This document shows positions 1-10,806 of a stretch of 62,893 bases of DNA, piece by piece (position 1 is the stretch's first letter; each line of letters begins with the position of its first letter). The translations under genes were made by a program, and so were the position numbers. A model generated the notes under the pieces. It was not told where the DNA came from and did not search any database. It saw only the letters and a program-made list of their open reading frames with translations. The DNA comes from Pseudomonadota bacterium. Lineage in GTDB: Bacteria; Pseudomonadota; Gammaproteobacteria; Burkholderiales; Burkholderiaceae_C. The stretch spans positions 1-62,893 of the forward strand of contig JAKBCY010000001.1 of the NCBI GenBank assembly GCA_021807445.1, in the 5' to 3' direction.

Positions 1-1222
1 TGCGCTTGGGAAGGTTCAGCGTTTGGTCGTTTATTGGACCTGCGTGCCCCCCGCAGATGTCCAAAATAAGCCGTGTGATGCGCTCGGCATCCTTCGCAGT
101 GGTGGCGTAATCGACGCCGCGTTCAAAACGAGCAGCGGCATCGGTAGAAAAGTTGTACCGCCGCGCCCGCCCACGAATGGCATCAGGCCACCAAAAAGCT
201 GCTTCCACATAGACGTCGCGCGTGGCTAGAGTGACAGCGGTCGCATCCCCTCCCATAATGCCAGCAAGGGACTCGATGCCGCGGCCTGCCGCGATTACGC
301 CGACCTGATCGTCCACTGTGATCTGCTGACCGTTGAGCAGCTTCAGCGTCTCGTCCGCCCGCCCCCACCGCACTTCCAGACCACCTTCAATCTTGTTCAA
401 ATCGAAGACATGTGAAGGTCGGCCGAGTTCGAGCATCACATAATTTGAAATATCCACCAGTGCTGAGACGCTGCGCTGCCCCGCGCGTTCAAGCCGTTGG
501 CGCATCCACGCCGGCGTGATCGCGCGAGCGTTGACGCCACGGATGATGCGTCCAGAAAATCGACCGCAGAGATCCGTCGCATCTATGCGCACGGGAAGCG
601 TTTCATCGAGGGTCGGCACAACGGAATCAATCTCAGGCTGCGCCAGCGGCGCTCCCGTAATGGCTGCGAGTTCCCTGGCAACGCCGAACACGCTTAGGCA
701 ATGGCCGAGATTGGGTGTGAGTTTGATGCTGAAAATGTATTCATCCAGTTCTAGCACCTCACGCAGATTCTGGCCGGGCACGAATTCCGGAGGCAAAGCC
801 AACAAGCCCGCATGATCAGCAGAAAGTCCCAGTTCTCGGCCCGAGCACAGCATGCCTTCCGATGTGATACCCCGCATAGCGGTCGGCCCGATGCGCAGCG
901 GAGCGTCACCATCCTTTGACTGCGGCAAAATCGCGCCGACCGTTGCGCAAGGCGCCTTCATGCCGGCGACAACGTTGGGAGCGCCACATACGATTTGAAG
1001 CGGATTGGGGCCGCCCGCATTCACCTGACAAACGCGCAGTCGGTCTGCGTTTGGATGAGGAGCAACAGTCATCACTTCGGCAACAACGACACCGCTGAAT
1101 GCCGGCGCAGCACGCTGCATCTCTTCGACTTCAAGGCCGGCCATGGTCAGGCGGTCGGCAATCTGTTCACTTGTTAATTCGGGGCTGCAAAACTGGCGAA
1201 GCCAGGATTCGGGCACTTGCAT
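1..1222 (-). CDS. pheT: Phenylalanine-tRNA ligase beta subunit (3' end runs off the window)
   Basis: Not in the ORF track. Manual translation from ATG at 1222 gives [34 protein letters not shown], a typical PheT N-terminus. Lies directly downstream of pheS. Confidence 0.95.
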   Translation of the reverse strand, partial: MQVPESWLRQFCSPELTSEQIADRLTMAGLEVEEMQRAAPAFSGVVVAEVMTVAPHPNADRLRVCQVNAGGPNPLQIVCGAPNVVAGMKAPCATVGAILPQSKDGDAPLRIGPTAMRGITSEGMLCSGRELGLSADHAGLLALPPEFVPGQNLREVLELDEYIFSIKLTPNLGHCLSVFGVARELAAITGAPLAQPEIDSVVPTLDETLPVRIDATDLCGRFSGRIIRGVNARAITPAWMRQRLERAGQRSVSALVDISNYVMLELGRPSHVFDLNKIEGGLEVRWGRADETLKLLNGQQITVDDQVGVIAAGRGIESLAGIMGGDATAVTLATRDVYVEAAFWWPDAIRGRARRYNFSTDAAARFERGVDYATTAKDAERITRLILDICGGHAGPINDQTLNLPKR

Positions 1223-1281
1223 GGGAGACGTAATGCTGTGAGCGGAGAATAGGCAGGAGACGAGAGGGGCGGGCGGCGCGC

Positions 1282-2328
1282 TCAGGCTGAATTGAACTGC
1301 TCAAGAAACCGCAGGTCGCCGACGTAGAACTGGCGCAGGTCACCCACGCCATATCGCAACATCGTGAGGCGCTCAATGCCGGACCCGAAGGCGAATCCGA
1401 TGTGATGCTCCGGGTCGAGCCCGAAATTACGAACCACATTGGGATGGACCTGGCCGGCCCCCGAGATCTCCAGCCACCGGCCCTGGAGTGGGCCGCTGTC
1501 GAACATCATGTCAATCTCCGCCGACGGCTCGGTAAACGGAAAATAGGATGGGCGGAAGCGCAGCGTGATGTCATCGCGCTCGAAAAAGGTATGCAAGAAC
1601 TCGGTGTAGATGCCCTTGAGATCGGCAAGCGAGACGTTCTCGCCAATCCACAAACCTTCAAACTGGTGAAACATTGGTGAGTGCGTCGCATCGCTGTCCA
1701 CGCGGTAGGTACGCCCAGGTGCAATGACCTTGATGTCGGGCATATTCGCGCCCGCGTAGCGCTTCACGTGCGCACGCGCGTAGCGGACCTGCATTGGCGA
1801 GGTGTGCGTACGCAAGAGTAGCGGCTGCCCGCGCGCATCCTGCACGTCGACATAAAACGTATCTTGCATCGAACGCGCCGGGTGATTTTGAGGCGAGTTT
1901 AACGCCGTGAAGTTTGTCCAATCGTCTTCAATCTCCGGGCCGTCAGCCACGTCAAAGCCAATGGAGCGAAAGATCGATTCGATGCGAATCCACGAGTGCA
2001 CCACTGGGTGTATTCCGCCCCCCTGCTGGCCACGACCTGGCAAGGTGACATCGATAGCCTGCGCGGCGAGCCTGGATTGAAGCGCTGCTTCAGCCATCGC
2101 ATCGCGCCGCCGCTGCAGCGCTTGCTCGATCCCCTGCTTTGCCAAATTGATGGCCGCACCACGCTCGCGCTTGGCTTCGGACGGCAACTGCGCCAACTCC
2201 TTCATCAAGCCCGTGATAACGCCCGATTTACCCAGATAGCGGGCCTTGGCGTTTTCGAGTTCAGCCGGCTGTGAAATCGCCGAGAACTCCGACTCGGCTT
2301 GATGCACCAAATCCTGCAATTGCGTCAT
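1282..2328 (-). CDS. pheS: Phenylalanine-tRNA ligase alpha subunit
   Basis: Motifs [44 protein letters not shown]. Confidence 0.98.
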   Translation of the reverse strand: MTQLQDLVHQAESEFSAISQPAELENAKARYLGKSGVITGLMKELAQLPSEAKRERGAAINLAKQGIEQALQRRRDAMAEAALQSRLAAQAIDVTLPGRGQQGGGIHPVVHSWIRIESIFRSIGFDVADGPEIEDDWTNFTALNSPQNHPARSMQDTFYVDVQDARGQPLLLRTHTSPMQVRYARAHVKRYAGANMPDIKVIAPGRTYRVDSDATHSPMFHQFEGLWIGENVSLADLKGIYTEFLHTFFERDDITLRFRPSYFPFTEPSAEIDMMFDSGPLQGRWLEISGAGQVHPNVVRNFGLDPEHHIGFAFGSGIERLTMLRYGVGDLRQFYVGDLRFLEQFNSA

Positions 2329-2366
2329 GGCTGAAAAACCTGTCGGAATGCAAAGGCAACAGCGAG

Positions 2367-2392
2367 AAAAAAGGCCCGGTACGACCAGGCCT
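2367..2392 (-). terminator. Intrinsic terminator between rplT and pheS
   Basis: Minus strand reads AGGCCTGGT-CGT-ACCGGGCCT followed by a T run. Confidence 0.7.
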
Positions 2393-2443
2393 GCATAGAT
2401 TCAACAGGTGCACGCCCCGGAGCGTGCGCCGTAAATTGCCAAC

Positions 2444-2800
2444 TCAAGCCAAATTCGCCTTGACTTGCTCGACAATCTTGCCAAAGGCAGCCGCGTCGTT
2501 CACGGCCATCTCAGCCAGGACTTTGCGGTCAATTTCAATGGCGGCCTTTTTCATGCCGTTCATGAACACGCTGTAGCTCATGCCGAACTCGCGCACGGCG
2601 GCGTTAATGCGCGTGATCCACAGAGCGCGGAACTCACGCTTTTTTGCTCGGCGGTCACGATAAGCATATTGACCAGCCTTCATCACCGCCTGTTTGGCAA
2701 TGCGGAAGACATTCTTACGGCGGCCACGGAAACCTTTGGCTTGATCCAGAACTTTCTTGTGGCGGGCGCGAGCCGTTACACCACGTTTGACGCGAGGCAT
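2444..2800 (-). CDS. rplT: 50S ribosomal protein L20
   Basis: [16 protein letters not shown]...[12 protein letters not shown]. Confidence 0.99.
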   Translation of the reverse strand: MPRVKRGVTARARHKKVLDQAKGFRGRRKNVFRIAKQAVMKAGQYAYRDRRAKKREFRALWITRINAAVREFGMSYSVFMNGMKKAAIEIDRKVLAEMAVNDAAAFGKIVEQVKANLA

Positions 2801-2842
2801 TTGATCACTCCTTCATCAGTAAACGAGACCTGAGCACGAGGC

Positions 2843-3040
2843 TTAGGCGAACGGCATCATCTGGGCGATGTGGCCCATGTTCGTGGCATGCACTGCCGTC
2901 GAACCACGGAGATGGCGCTTGTTCTTGGTCGTCTTCTTTGTGAGGATGTGACGCTTGAAAGCTTGGCCACGTTTGACCGAACCACCGGGCCGAACACGAA
3001 AGCGCTTGGCAGCGCTTTTCTTGGTTTTCATCTTGGGCAT
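2843..3040 (-). CDS. rpmI: 50S ribosomal protein L35
   Basis: [14 protein letters not shown]...HILTKK. Confidence 0.99.
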   Translation of the reverse strand: MPKMKTKKSAAKRFRVRPGGSVKRGQAFKRHILTKKTTKNKRHLRGSTAVHATNMGHIAQMMPFA

Positions 3041-3203
3041 TTATAGCTCCATTGAACGTTGATATGCTCGCAGGCGCCCGCGCAATGCGGGACTTGGGCC
3101 TGCGCCCACTTGTTATCAGCCGACTTCGCCTTGCTGCGAACCCGGCTGTAAACCGTGCGCAGGATTAAAAGCCTGCACATCGGATTGTTTGCAGCCGAGG
3201 CTG

Positions 3204-3749
3204 CTATTTCTTCTTGCGAGGCGTCAGCACCATAATCATCTGGCGCCCTTCAAGGCGGGGCATCTGCTCCACCTGGCCGTGCGGTTCAAGATCATCCCGG
3301 ACACGTTCCAGCAAGCGCATACCGATATCTTGATGGGTGATTTCACGTCCGCGAAAGCGCAAGGAAACCTTGGCTTTATCGCCCTCGTCGAGGAAACGCT
3401 TCAAGTTCCGGATCTTGATCATGTAGTCCCCCTCATCCGTCGCGGGGCGGAACTTCACTTCCTTAATCTGGATTTGCTTTTGCTTGAGCTTCGCCTCATG
3501 CGTCTTCTTTTGTTCCTGGTACTTGAACTTGCCGTAGTCCATCAGGCGACAAACTGGCGGAGTCGCGGTAGGCGCGATTTCGACAAGATCAACGCCCTGC
3601 TCCTCGGCCAGACGTAATGCCTCGGTGATGGACACGATGCCGAGGGCTTCGTTGTCTTCGCCGCTTAAGCGAACTTCAGAAACGGTAATTTCACGATTGA
3701 GGCGGTGAGCCCTTTTTTCCGGGGCGTTGCGGCTCTGTACAGTAGCGAT
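3204..3749 (-). CDS. infC: Translation initiation factor IF-3 with non-canonical ATC start
   Basis: IF3 motifs [28 protein letters not shown]. The frame extends 38 codons upstream of the track's GTG ([21 protein letters not shown]) to ATC at 3749. An SD-like GAAAGG precedes it and an in-frame TGA lies two codons further upstream. Confidence 0.93.
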   Translation of the reverse strand: MATVQSRNAPEKRAHRLNREITVSEVRLSGEDNEALGIVSITEALRLAEEQGVDLVEIAPTATPPVCRLMDYGKFKYQEQKKTHEAKLKQKQIQIKEVKFRPATDEGDYMIKIRNLKRFLDEGDKAKVSLRFRGREITHQDIGMRLLERVRDDLEPHGQVEQMPRLEGRQMIMVLTPRKKK

Positions 3750-3789
3750 GGTTCAACCTTTCAATAGTGTGGACGATACTGTGCTGCGG

Positions 3790-5697
3790 CTATTGCAAAT
3801 CCGCAACTTCCTTAAGCGCTCTTCGGCAGAACTCGGAAAGGGGCAGCACACCCAGGTCTTTGTTTCCACGTGCCCGCACAGCAACGGTCTGCGATACACG
3901 CTCCTTTCCGCCGACCACGAGCAGATAGGGAATTTTTTGCAACGAATGTTCGCGAATTTTATAGGTGATTTTCTCGTTACGCAAATCAGACTCAACTCTA
4001 AGGCCTTGTTTTTTCAGCTCTTGTGTCAATTCGGCCGCATAAGCTGCGGACTCGTCCGTGACGCTCAAAACCACGGCCTGCAGGGGTGCTAGCCACATCG
4101 GCAAGGCTCCCGCATGGTGCTCAATGAGCACGCCGATGAACCGCTCCATAGACCCGACGATGGCGCGATGCAACATCACCGGGCGGCGCCGCGACGACTG
4201 TGCGTCGATGTACGAAGCGTCCAGACGCTCGGGCATCATGAAATCGACCTGCATGGTCCCCACCTGCCAAGCACGGCCAATGGAGTCCTTCATGTGATAC
4301 TCAATTTTGGGGCCGTAGAACGCCCCCTCGCCTGGCAACTCTGTCCAAGCCACCCCGCACGCATTGAGTGCCGCCCGCAGCGCACCTTCCGCCTTATCCC
4401 ATACGGCGTCATCGCCGATGCGCTTGTCGGGGCGTAGCGCAATTTTCAAATCGATATCGCTAAACCCAAAATCGGCATAGACCTGCATAGCCTGCCGATG
4501 AAAGGCAGTTACCTCTGCTTCGATCTGATCTTCGGTGCAAAAGATGTGTCCATCGTCCTGCGTGAACCCGCGCACGCGAAGCAATCCGTGCAGTGCGCCT
4601 GATGGCTCGTTACGATGGCATGCGCCAAATTCGCCGTAACGAATTGGCAGATCACGATAACTCCGCAGCCCTGCATTGAAAATCTGCACATGGCCCGGGC
4701 AATTCATCGGCTTGAGCGCGTACCGACGCGTCTCCGAATCGGTGAAAAACATGTTCTCCGCGTAATTGTCCCAGTGACCAGACCGTTCCCATAAACTTAC
4801 GTCCAGCACCTGCGGCCCGCGCACTTCCTGGTAGCCACTTTGTCGGTACACGCCGCGCATATATTGCTCAATCGCCTGCCACAATGCCCATCCTTTGGGA
4901 TGCCAAAAGGCAAGGCCCGGCGCCTCTTCCTGGAAGTGGAACAGATCCAACTCTTTGCCAAGGCGTCGGTGGTCGCGTTGTTCGGCTTCCTCAAGGCGTT
5001 GAAGGTAGGCAACTTGATCTTCCTTGCGCGCCCAAGCCGTGCCATAGATGCGTTGGAGTTGCGCCTTTCGATGATCGCCCCTCCAATATGAACCAGCCAC
5101 TTTCGTGAGCTTGAACACCTTGAGCTTCCCCGTCGTGGGTACGTGAGGGCCACGGCACAGATCGGTAAATCCGCCTTCGGTATAAATCGATACATCCTCG
5201 CCGGGAGGAATGTCCGCGATGATCTCTGCCTTGTAATGCTCACCCAGGCTCTTGAAATACGCCACGGCCTCATTGCGAGAAAGGACACGCCGCAGCACCG
5301 GTTCATCGCGCGATGCAAGCTCCACCATCTTGGACTCGATGGTCACCAGATCCTCCGGCGTGAAGGGTCGCTTGTAAGCGAAGTCGTAAAAGAAACCATC
5401 CTCGATGACCGGGCCGATGGTCACCTGCGCATCCGGGAACAACTCTTTTACGGCATAGGCGAGCAAATGGGCCGTGGAATGGCGGATGATTTCCAGACCC
5501 TCTGGATCCTTGTCCGTAACAATTGCCACGTGCGCGTCGCGTTCCAGCGTTGTGCCAAGGTCCATCAGACGGCCGTCGACCTTGCCAGCGATAGCAGCCT
5601 TGGCAAGACCCGGACCGATGGACGCCGCTATATTGGACAGACTGACGGCGCCATCGAATTGGCGCCGTGAGCCGTCGGGAAGCGTGATTTGAAGCAT
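3790..5697 (-). CDS. thrS: Threonine-tRNA ligase
   Basis: TGS domain, [45 protein letters not shown]. Confidence 0.99.
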   Translation of the reverse strand: MLQITLPDGSRRQFDGAVSLSNIAASIGPGLAKAAIAGKVDGRLMDLGTTLERDAHVAIVTDKDPEGLEIIRHSTAHLLAYAVKELFPDAQVTIGPVIEDGFFYDFAYKRPFTPEDLVTIESKMVELASRDEPVLRRVLSRNEAVAYFKSLGEHYKAEIIADIPPGEDVSIYTEGGFTDLCRGPHVPTTGKLKVFKLTKVAGSYWRGDHRKAQLQRIYGTAWARKEDQVAYLQRLEEAEQRDHRRLGKELDLFHFQEEAPGLAFWHPKGWALWQAIEQYMRGVYRQSGYQEVRGPQVLDVSLWERSGHWDNYAENMFFTDSETRRYALKPMNCPGHVQIFNAGLRSYRDLPIRYGEFGACHRNEPSGALHGLLRVRGFTQDDGHIFCTEDQIEAEVTAFHRQAMQVYADFGFSDIDLKIALRPDKRIGDDAVWDKAEGALRAALNACGVAWTELPGEGAFYGPKIEYHMKDSIGRAWQVGTMQVDFMMPERLDASYIDAQSSRRRPVMLHRAIVGSMERFIGVLIEHHAGALPMWLAPLQAVVLSVTDESAAYAAELTQELKKQGLRVESDLRNEKITYKIREHSLQKIPYLLVVGGKERVSQTVAVRARGNKDLGVLPLSEFCRRALKEVADLQ

Positions 5698-5867
5698 GGA
5701 TGATCACCTAGAAAGACAAAATTGCGGTCAAGCCGCACTTTCAGACGCCCCACATCGATGAAGGGAAGCGCGCGAGCCAGACCCTGGCAGCTGGAGCCTA
5801 GGAGCAAGTTCGCGGTGTCATAACCATGGTGGTGCAAATTCGTGCGCAAAGCTGCGCGAAAGAGTTC

Positions 5868-5944
<77 letters not shown>

Positions 5945-5955
5945 GTGAACCAACA

Positions 5956-5964
5956 ATCATACCA
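5956..5964 (-). promoter_or_regulatory. Extended -10 element for tRNA-Val
   Basis: Minus strand TGGTATGAT (TGn-TATGAT) 11 nt upstream of the tRNA 5' end. Confidence 0.5.
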
Positions 5965-5985
5965 GCACTTGCGCAACGCCCCTAT

Positions 5986-8166
5986 TTATCGTCGCGTCGC
6001 GCTGCGTACGCCTTTGACCTCGCGCAGCATTTGCAACGCGTGCGGAAGCTTTTCGAGGCCAGCGAACTCCACGGTGAACAGCATGTGCGCGGCATCTCCA
6101 CGGCTTTGGGTCTTCACTCCAATGACATTGATTTTCTCTTTCGAGAACACCTCGGAGATGTCACGCAATAACCCTTGCCGATCCGATGCCTCGACAATAA
6201 GGTCAACCGGATAGATCGCATCGCCACGTGCGCCCCAGGTCACTGGAATGACACGTTCAGGATGCTGGCGCGCCAGATTGCGCGCATTTGGACAGTCGGC
6301 TCGATGCACGGATACCCCGCGTCCGCGCGTGACAAACCCACTGATCTCATCGGGCGGCGCCGGTCTGCAGCACTTCGCCAGCTGCGTCAGAAGTGCGTCC
6401 ACCCCCACAACGAGCACACCCGCCTGCGGTAGCGTCTTGGCCGACTTCAGAGCAAGCTCTGGACTTGCCTGCTGGGCCGCGCCGCCGCCGGGGCCGCGCA
6501 AGTAAAGCTCAATTTGCCGCAATGGCATGGCGTCGCTGCCAACGCGCTCAAACAGTTGCTCCGGAGTGCGAAAACCCAGTCCGGCCGCCAACTCCTGCAG
6601 GCTCATGCCAGTCTTGCCCTCGCGCTGCAATAGCTTTTCGACCAGAACGCGCCCGCTAGCCAGGGTCTGCTCCACTGCCTGCGCGTTAAACCACGCACGC
6701 ACTTTTGCACGCGCCCGCTGTGAATGCAGGAAGCCAAGTTCGGGATTGAGCCAGTCGCGTGATGGCCCGCCCTGCTTGGCCGCGACGATTTCGACGGTCT
6801 GTCCACTGCGCAGGGGTGTATTGAGCGGCACCAGCGCGCCGTTCACGTGCGCACCGCGGCACCGGTGACCGAGATCCGTATGCACGGCGTAGGCGAAATC
6901 CACGGGAGTCGAGCCACTTTCAAGTTCGACAATGCGCGCCTGCGGCGTGAGCACGTAAATACGGTCATCAAATGGGCTGATCTCGCCAGCAGCGCCTGTG
7001 TGCTCGTGGGCCCCCTGCTCCACGAGCTCACGGCGCAAAGCGAGCAACTGACGCGCAAGTGCAATTTTCGCGTCATAGTCGGATGCCGCAGCCACACCCT
7101 TGTAGCCCTGCGGGCCGGCCTCTTTGTAGGCCCAATGCGCGGCGATACCCTGTTCGGCATGATCGTGCATCGCCTGGGTACGAATCTGGATTTCAATTGG
7201 CACATTCTCAGGCCCGCGCACCACCGTATGCAGCGACTGGTAGCCGTTCGGCTTCGGCTTTGCGATGTAGTCGTCGTACTCGGCATCCAGTGGAGTCCAA
7301 ATCGCATGCACGGCGCTGAGGGCCGCGTAGCAGGCATCCACGCTGGGTACGATGATGCGCAGGGCAAGCAGATCCATCACCTGGTCGAGCCGCAGAGCCT
7401 TGCCCTGCATCTTGCGCCAGATGCTGTAGGCATGCTTGCTACGACCGCTGATGCGCGCCTCGATACCCTGGGCTGCGAGGGTTTGCCGGATCTTCGCGCT
7501 TGCCTCGGAGATCAGGGCTTCGCGTTGCGCTGCGTGCCCTGCCAACCAGTGTGCGATCTGACCATAGGCCTTTGGTTGGGAAAAACGGAATGCAAGATCC
7601 TCAATTTCCCATTTGATTTGCCACAGACCAAGGCGATTAGCCAGCGGCGCGAAGACCTGAAGGGATTCCTCAGTGAATGCCGGTGAGGGCTGCGCGCCCT
7701 CAGCCAAGTAGTAACGAAGAGACTGCAAACGCGAGGCTAACCGCAACAGGACCACCCGCAAGTCCTGCGAAAAAGCAAGCAACAATCGACGCATCAACTC
7801 TTGGTGGTGCGCCAATTCATGCCCCAGATCCTGCCCCTTGGCGTCGCGCGCGACGCGAAACACGTCGACCAATTTGCGGTTTTCCATCGCTAGCCGCGCA
7901 AGTTCTCGCCCGAAGCCTTTAAGAAGCTGCTCCTCGGGCTTAGCCAACTGGGTTGCTGCCTGGCTTAGGTAGGCCGCGGCGCGGGTCTCCATGTCGGCGC
8001 CAATCGCCGCGAGAATACTGCACGCGCCATCCGCATGGTGCAGCGCAGGCTCGCCCGTCTCCAGGACTGCGCCTTCCAGCAGCGCAGCGGAGTACGCCTT
8101 TGCCTTGCCAAGAAGAGCGTCGCCTTGCTGGTCGACGGTGTTTGCCGATGGGTGCATTGCGCTCAT
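5986..8166 (-). CDS. relA: (p)ppGpp synthetase, RelA type
   Basis: APLANRLG, synthetase EYDDYIAKPKPNGYQSLHT (EXDD type), TGS domain (TPVDFAY), ZFD (AKCCRP...HRADC) and ACT domain. Hydrolase HD motif is degenerate. Confidence 0.92.
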   Translation of the reverse strand: MSAMHPSANTVDQQGDALLGKAKAYSAALLEGAVLETGEPALHHADGACSILAAIGADMETRAAAYLSQAATQLAKPEEQLLKGFGRELARLAMENRKLVDVFRVARDAKGQDLGHELAHHQELMRRLLLAFSQDLRVVLLRLASRLQSLRYYLAEGAQPSPAFTEESLQVFAPLANRLGLWQIKWEIEDLAFRFSQPKAYGQIAHWLAGHAAQREALISEASAKIRQTLAAQGIEARISGRSKHAYSIWRKMQGKALRLDQVMDLLALRIIVPSVDACYAALSAVHAIWTPLDAEYDDYIAKPKPNGYQSLHTVVRGPENVPIEIQIRTQAMHDHAEQGIAAHWAYKEAGPQGYKGVAAASDYDAKIALARQLLALRRELVEQGAHEHTGAAGEISPFDDRIYVLTPQARIVELESGSTPVDFAYAVHTDLGHRCRGAHVNGALVPLNTPLRSGQTVEIVAAKQGGPSRDWLNPELGFLHSQRARAKVRAWFNAQAVEQTLASGRVLVEKLLQREGKTGMSLQELAAGLGFRTPEQLFERVGSDAMPLRQIELYLRGPGGGAAQQASPELALKSAKTLPQAGVLVVGVDALLTQLAKCCRPAPPDEISGFVTRGRGVSVHRADCPNARNLARQHPERVIPVTWGARGDAIYPVDLIVEASDRQGLLRDISEVFSKEKINVIGVKTQSRGDAAHMLFTVEFAGLEKLPHALQMLREVKGVRSATRR

Positions 8167-9050
8167 GGCAAGTCCATATGGCGACGCAGAAATCGCAAAA
8201 CCAATTGAATCTGATCGTCATGCAGAAGTGTCGGTGCATGACCGACCCCGGACAGCGAGACATAATCGGCTTTGGGGCCGCGTTGTGTCATGGACCTCGC
8301 AGTGGATGCTGCCAGGATATCCGACTCGGCGCCGCGAAGAACCAGCGTGGGAGCCACGATGCCGTCGTAAAGAGACCAAAGCGCTTGCTCGCCCGCCTGT
8401 GCCGCTTCAGGCGTGACCTGCGCGAAGGCCATGTTGATGCGCGGGTCGTAATGCAAACGCCACCCACCACCCTCAGGAACCACCATTGGCTTGCTGAGTT
8501 CTAGCCATTCTTGCGGGGTATGAGGACCGAAGCCGGCTGAGATCTGCTCAAGATAATCAGCCGCTTCCTGCACGCTTGAGAACACCGTGCGCTGCCCAAC
8601 GTAGCCGGCAATGCGCTGCAGACCCTCGGCAGCGATAGACGGCCCAATATCGTTCAGCACCAGTGCATCGATACTGCTGCCTTGCAATCCCGCCATGGCG
8701 ATGCCAATCAGCCCCCCCATGGAGGTTCCAACCCATGCCAATCGCCGCGCTTTGAGCCGCGCCAAAAGCGTCACCATGTCGGCCGTGTATTGCGGCAATT
8801 GATAGTGCATCGGATTGGCAAGCCAATCCGAGCGTCCTCGTCCTGCCACGTCCGGGCACACCACACGGAAACGATCTTGCAGGGCCCGGGCCAAATGATC
8901 AAAATCTCGTCCTTGCCTCGACAGGCCATGAACACAGACGACCACGTCTGTGTTGTCCACGTCGCCCCATTCCCAAAAGGCCATGCGGTGCAACCCGCCA
9001 GGGTGTAGACATTGCACGAAATTGAGTCGCGCTTCAGGAGCATCCGCCAT
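8163..9050 (-). CDS. Alpha/beta-fold hydrolase
   Basis: CVHGL oxyanion motif, GTSMGG nucleophile elbow, C-terminal GVGHAP catalytic His. Confidence 0.9.
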   Translation of the reverse strand: MADAPEARLNFVQCLHPGGLHRMAFWEWGDVDNTDVVVCVHGLSRQGRDFDHLARALQDRFRVVCPDVAGRGRSDWLANPMHYQLPQYTADMVTLLARLKARRLAWVGTSMGGLIGIAMAGLQGSSIDALVLNDIGPSIAAEGLQRIAGYVGQRTVFSSVQEAADYLEQISAGFGPHTPQEWLELSKPMVVPEGGGWRLHYDPRINMAFAQVTPEAAQAGEQALWSLYDGIVAPTLVLRGAESDILAASTARSMTQRGPKADYVSLSGVGHAPTLLHDDQIQLVLRFLRRHMDLP

Positions 9051-9144
9051 TGCAGTTCTCGCGTTGTGAGGAGGTCGACCCTGATCTTAGAGCGAGCGGC
9101 CTTGAGTGGCCGCACATGGCCAAGATCAATACACTCTCAGGGAG

Positions 9145-10002
9145 ATGCAAGACCAAGACAATTCCCTCACCATGTTTCCCAACATTCCTACTCCATTTGA
9201 GGATCTGCTGCGTACAGTGCTAAGTCACGGCGCCGACAAAGAGGATCGCACCGGCACCGGTACGCGCAGCATTTTTGGCGCCCAGCTTCGCTTCGACCTG
9301 CGACGCGGATTTCCGCTCGTGACGACCAAGAAGGTGCACCTCAAGAGCATCATCGTTGAATTGCTCTGGTTTTTACGTGGTGACAGCAACATTCGCTATC
9401 TGCATGAGCACGGCGTGACCATCTGGGACGAATGGGCGCGCGCAGATGGGGAATTGGGCCCAGTGTATGGAGTGCAATGGCGCGCTTGGCCGACGCCCGA
9501 TGGACGCCACGTCGACCAAATCACCCAGCTTATCGAGGGTCTCAAGCGCAACCCCGATTCGCGCCGCCATCTCGTAAGCGCGTGGAACGTCGGCCAGCTC
9601 GGCGAGATGGCGCTGCCACCATGCCATCTTTTGTTCCAGTTCTATGTGGGGCCCTCGGAACGCCCCGGAGGAAAGCCGCTGCTGAGCTGCCAGCTCTATC
9701 AGCGCAGCGCCGATCTATTCCTGGGCGTGCCCTTCAATATCGCAAGCTATGCGCTGCTGACGCAAATGGTGGCCCAACAATGCGACATGGACGTGGCCGA
9801 TTTCATCTGGACTGGCGGGGACTGCCACATCTATCACAATCACTTTGAACAAGTGCGGCTACAGCTCTCGCGCCCGCCATACCCAGCACCCAGCCTCCGG
9901 TTTAAGCGCCGTCCACCTACCGTGTTCGACTATACCCTCGACGACATTGATGTGGTCGATTATCAGCACCACCCGGCAATCAAGGCCCCGGTTGCCGTTT
10001 GA
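9145..10002 (+). CDS. thyA: Thymidylate synthase
   Basis: [36 protein letters not shown]-terminal KAPVAV. Start uncertain (ATG 9145 or 9172). Confidence 0.97.
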   Translation: MQDQDNSLTMFPNIPTPFEDLLRTVLSHGADKEDRTGTGTRSIFGAQLRFDLRRGFPLVTTKKVHLKSIIVELLWFLRGDSNIRYLHEHGVTIWDEWARADGELGPVYGVQWRAWPTPDGRHVDQITQLIEGLKRNPDSRRHLVSAWNVGQLGEMALPPCHLLFQFYVGPSERPGGKPLLSCQLYQRSADLFLGVPFNIASYALLTQMVAQQCDMDVADFIWTGGDCHIYHNHFEQVRLQLSRPPYPAPSLRFKRRPPTVFDYTLDDIDVVDYQHHPAIKAPVAV

Positions 10003-10012
10003 AAGCAATGCA

Positions 10013-10540
10013 ATGCCAACAAATTCCTCAACGACTCCGCCCCTTGCTGCACTGCCACGCGTAGCCATCATCGCTGCAGTTTCACGCAATGGGGTGATCG
10101 GTCAAGGCAATACCCTCATTTGGCACCTACCCGCCGATTTAGCCCACTTCAAGCGGGTCACGTTAGGGCACCCCATCCTGATGGGGCGCAAAACCTGGGA
10201 ATCCATTGGCAGGCCATTACCGGGGCGACGCAATGTCGTAATTAGCCGTGATCCAGCGTACGTCGCACGCGGCGCCGAGGTCGCCAGGTCATTGCACACT
10301 GCGTTGCAGCTCTGTACCGATGCTCCCGAGGTGTTCGTGGTGGGCGGCGGCGAGATCTACGCGGAAGCCCTGCCGCTGGCGCAACAATTGTGGCTCACTG
10401 AAATCCATGCGGATGCGCAAGGCGACACACATTTTCCCGCATGGGATCGTTCATCATTCGTCCAGGCAAGTCGCGATCCACATAAAGCCACGGCAGACCT
10501 TCCGGCTTTTGACTTCGCTCTGTACGAGCGCAAATCCTGA
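10013..10540 (+). CDS. folA: Dihydrofolate reductase
   Basis: IIAAVSRNGVIG, WHLPADLAHFK, MGRKTWESIGRPLPGRRN, VGGGEIY. Start at ATG 10013 just after the thyA stop. Confidence 0.95.
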   Translation: MPTNSSTTPPLAALPRVAIIAAVSRNGVIGQGNTLIWHLPADLAHFKRVTLGHPILMGRKTWESIGRPLPGRRNVVISRDPAYVARGAEVARSLHTALQLCTDAPEVFVVGGGEIYAEALPLAQQLWLTEIHADAQGDTHFPAWDRSSFVQASRDPHKATADLPAFDFALYERKS

Positions 10541-10806
10541 CTCCAAATTTTCATCGAAGTAACCGCCTCGCGGTGCCGCTCTTTGCCTAGCGTGTCTTAC
10601 CTTGGTGCGCACTTGGCATGCGCGAATCGCATGGAAGCAGCCCCAAGCGTTGCAAGGCGACGCATTCCGCGTCGCTGAACCGGATATGCGCATGCATTTG
10701 GCATGTGACATGGGTGCCATGCCCGCACCATCGGTTTGGGAAACGTCTTTGATGCTTGCTGCGCTGCAGCGGTCGACTTCAGGCGTCTGCGCTGCAGCCG
10801 CCGGGT

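Noticed and set aside
5700-5867. Possible tRNA-Thr anticodon-mimic operator in the thrS leader
   Set aside because: The hairpin at 5723-5737 has loop CTTGA on the minus strand, not a Thr anticodon. It looks more like a weak terminator or processing stem after tRNA-Val.
9845-10012. The folA frame is open upstream into thyA, and thyA ends GTT TGA A, resembling a +1 frameshift site that would make a TS-DHFR fusion
   Set aside because: No internal SD stimulator, folA has its own ATG at 10013, ThyA needs a free C-terminus, and natural fusions are DHFR-TS in the opposite order.
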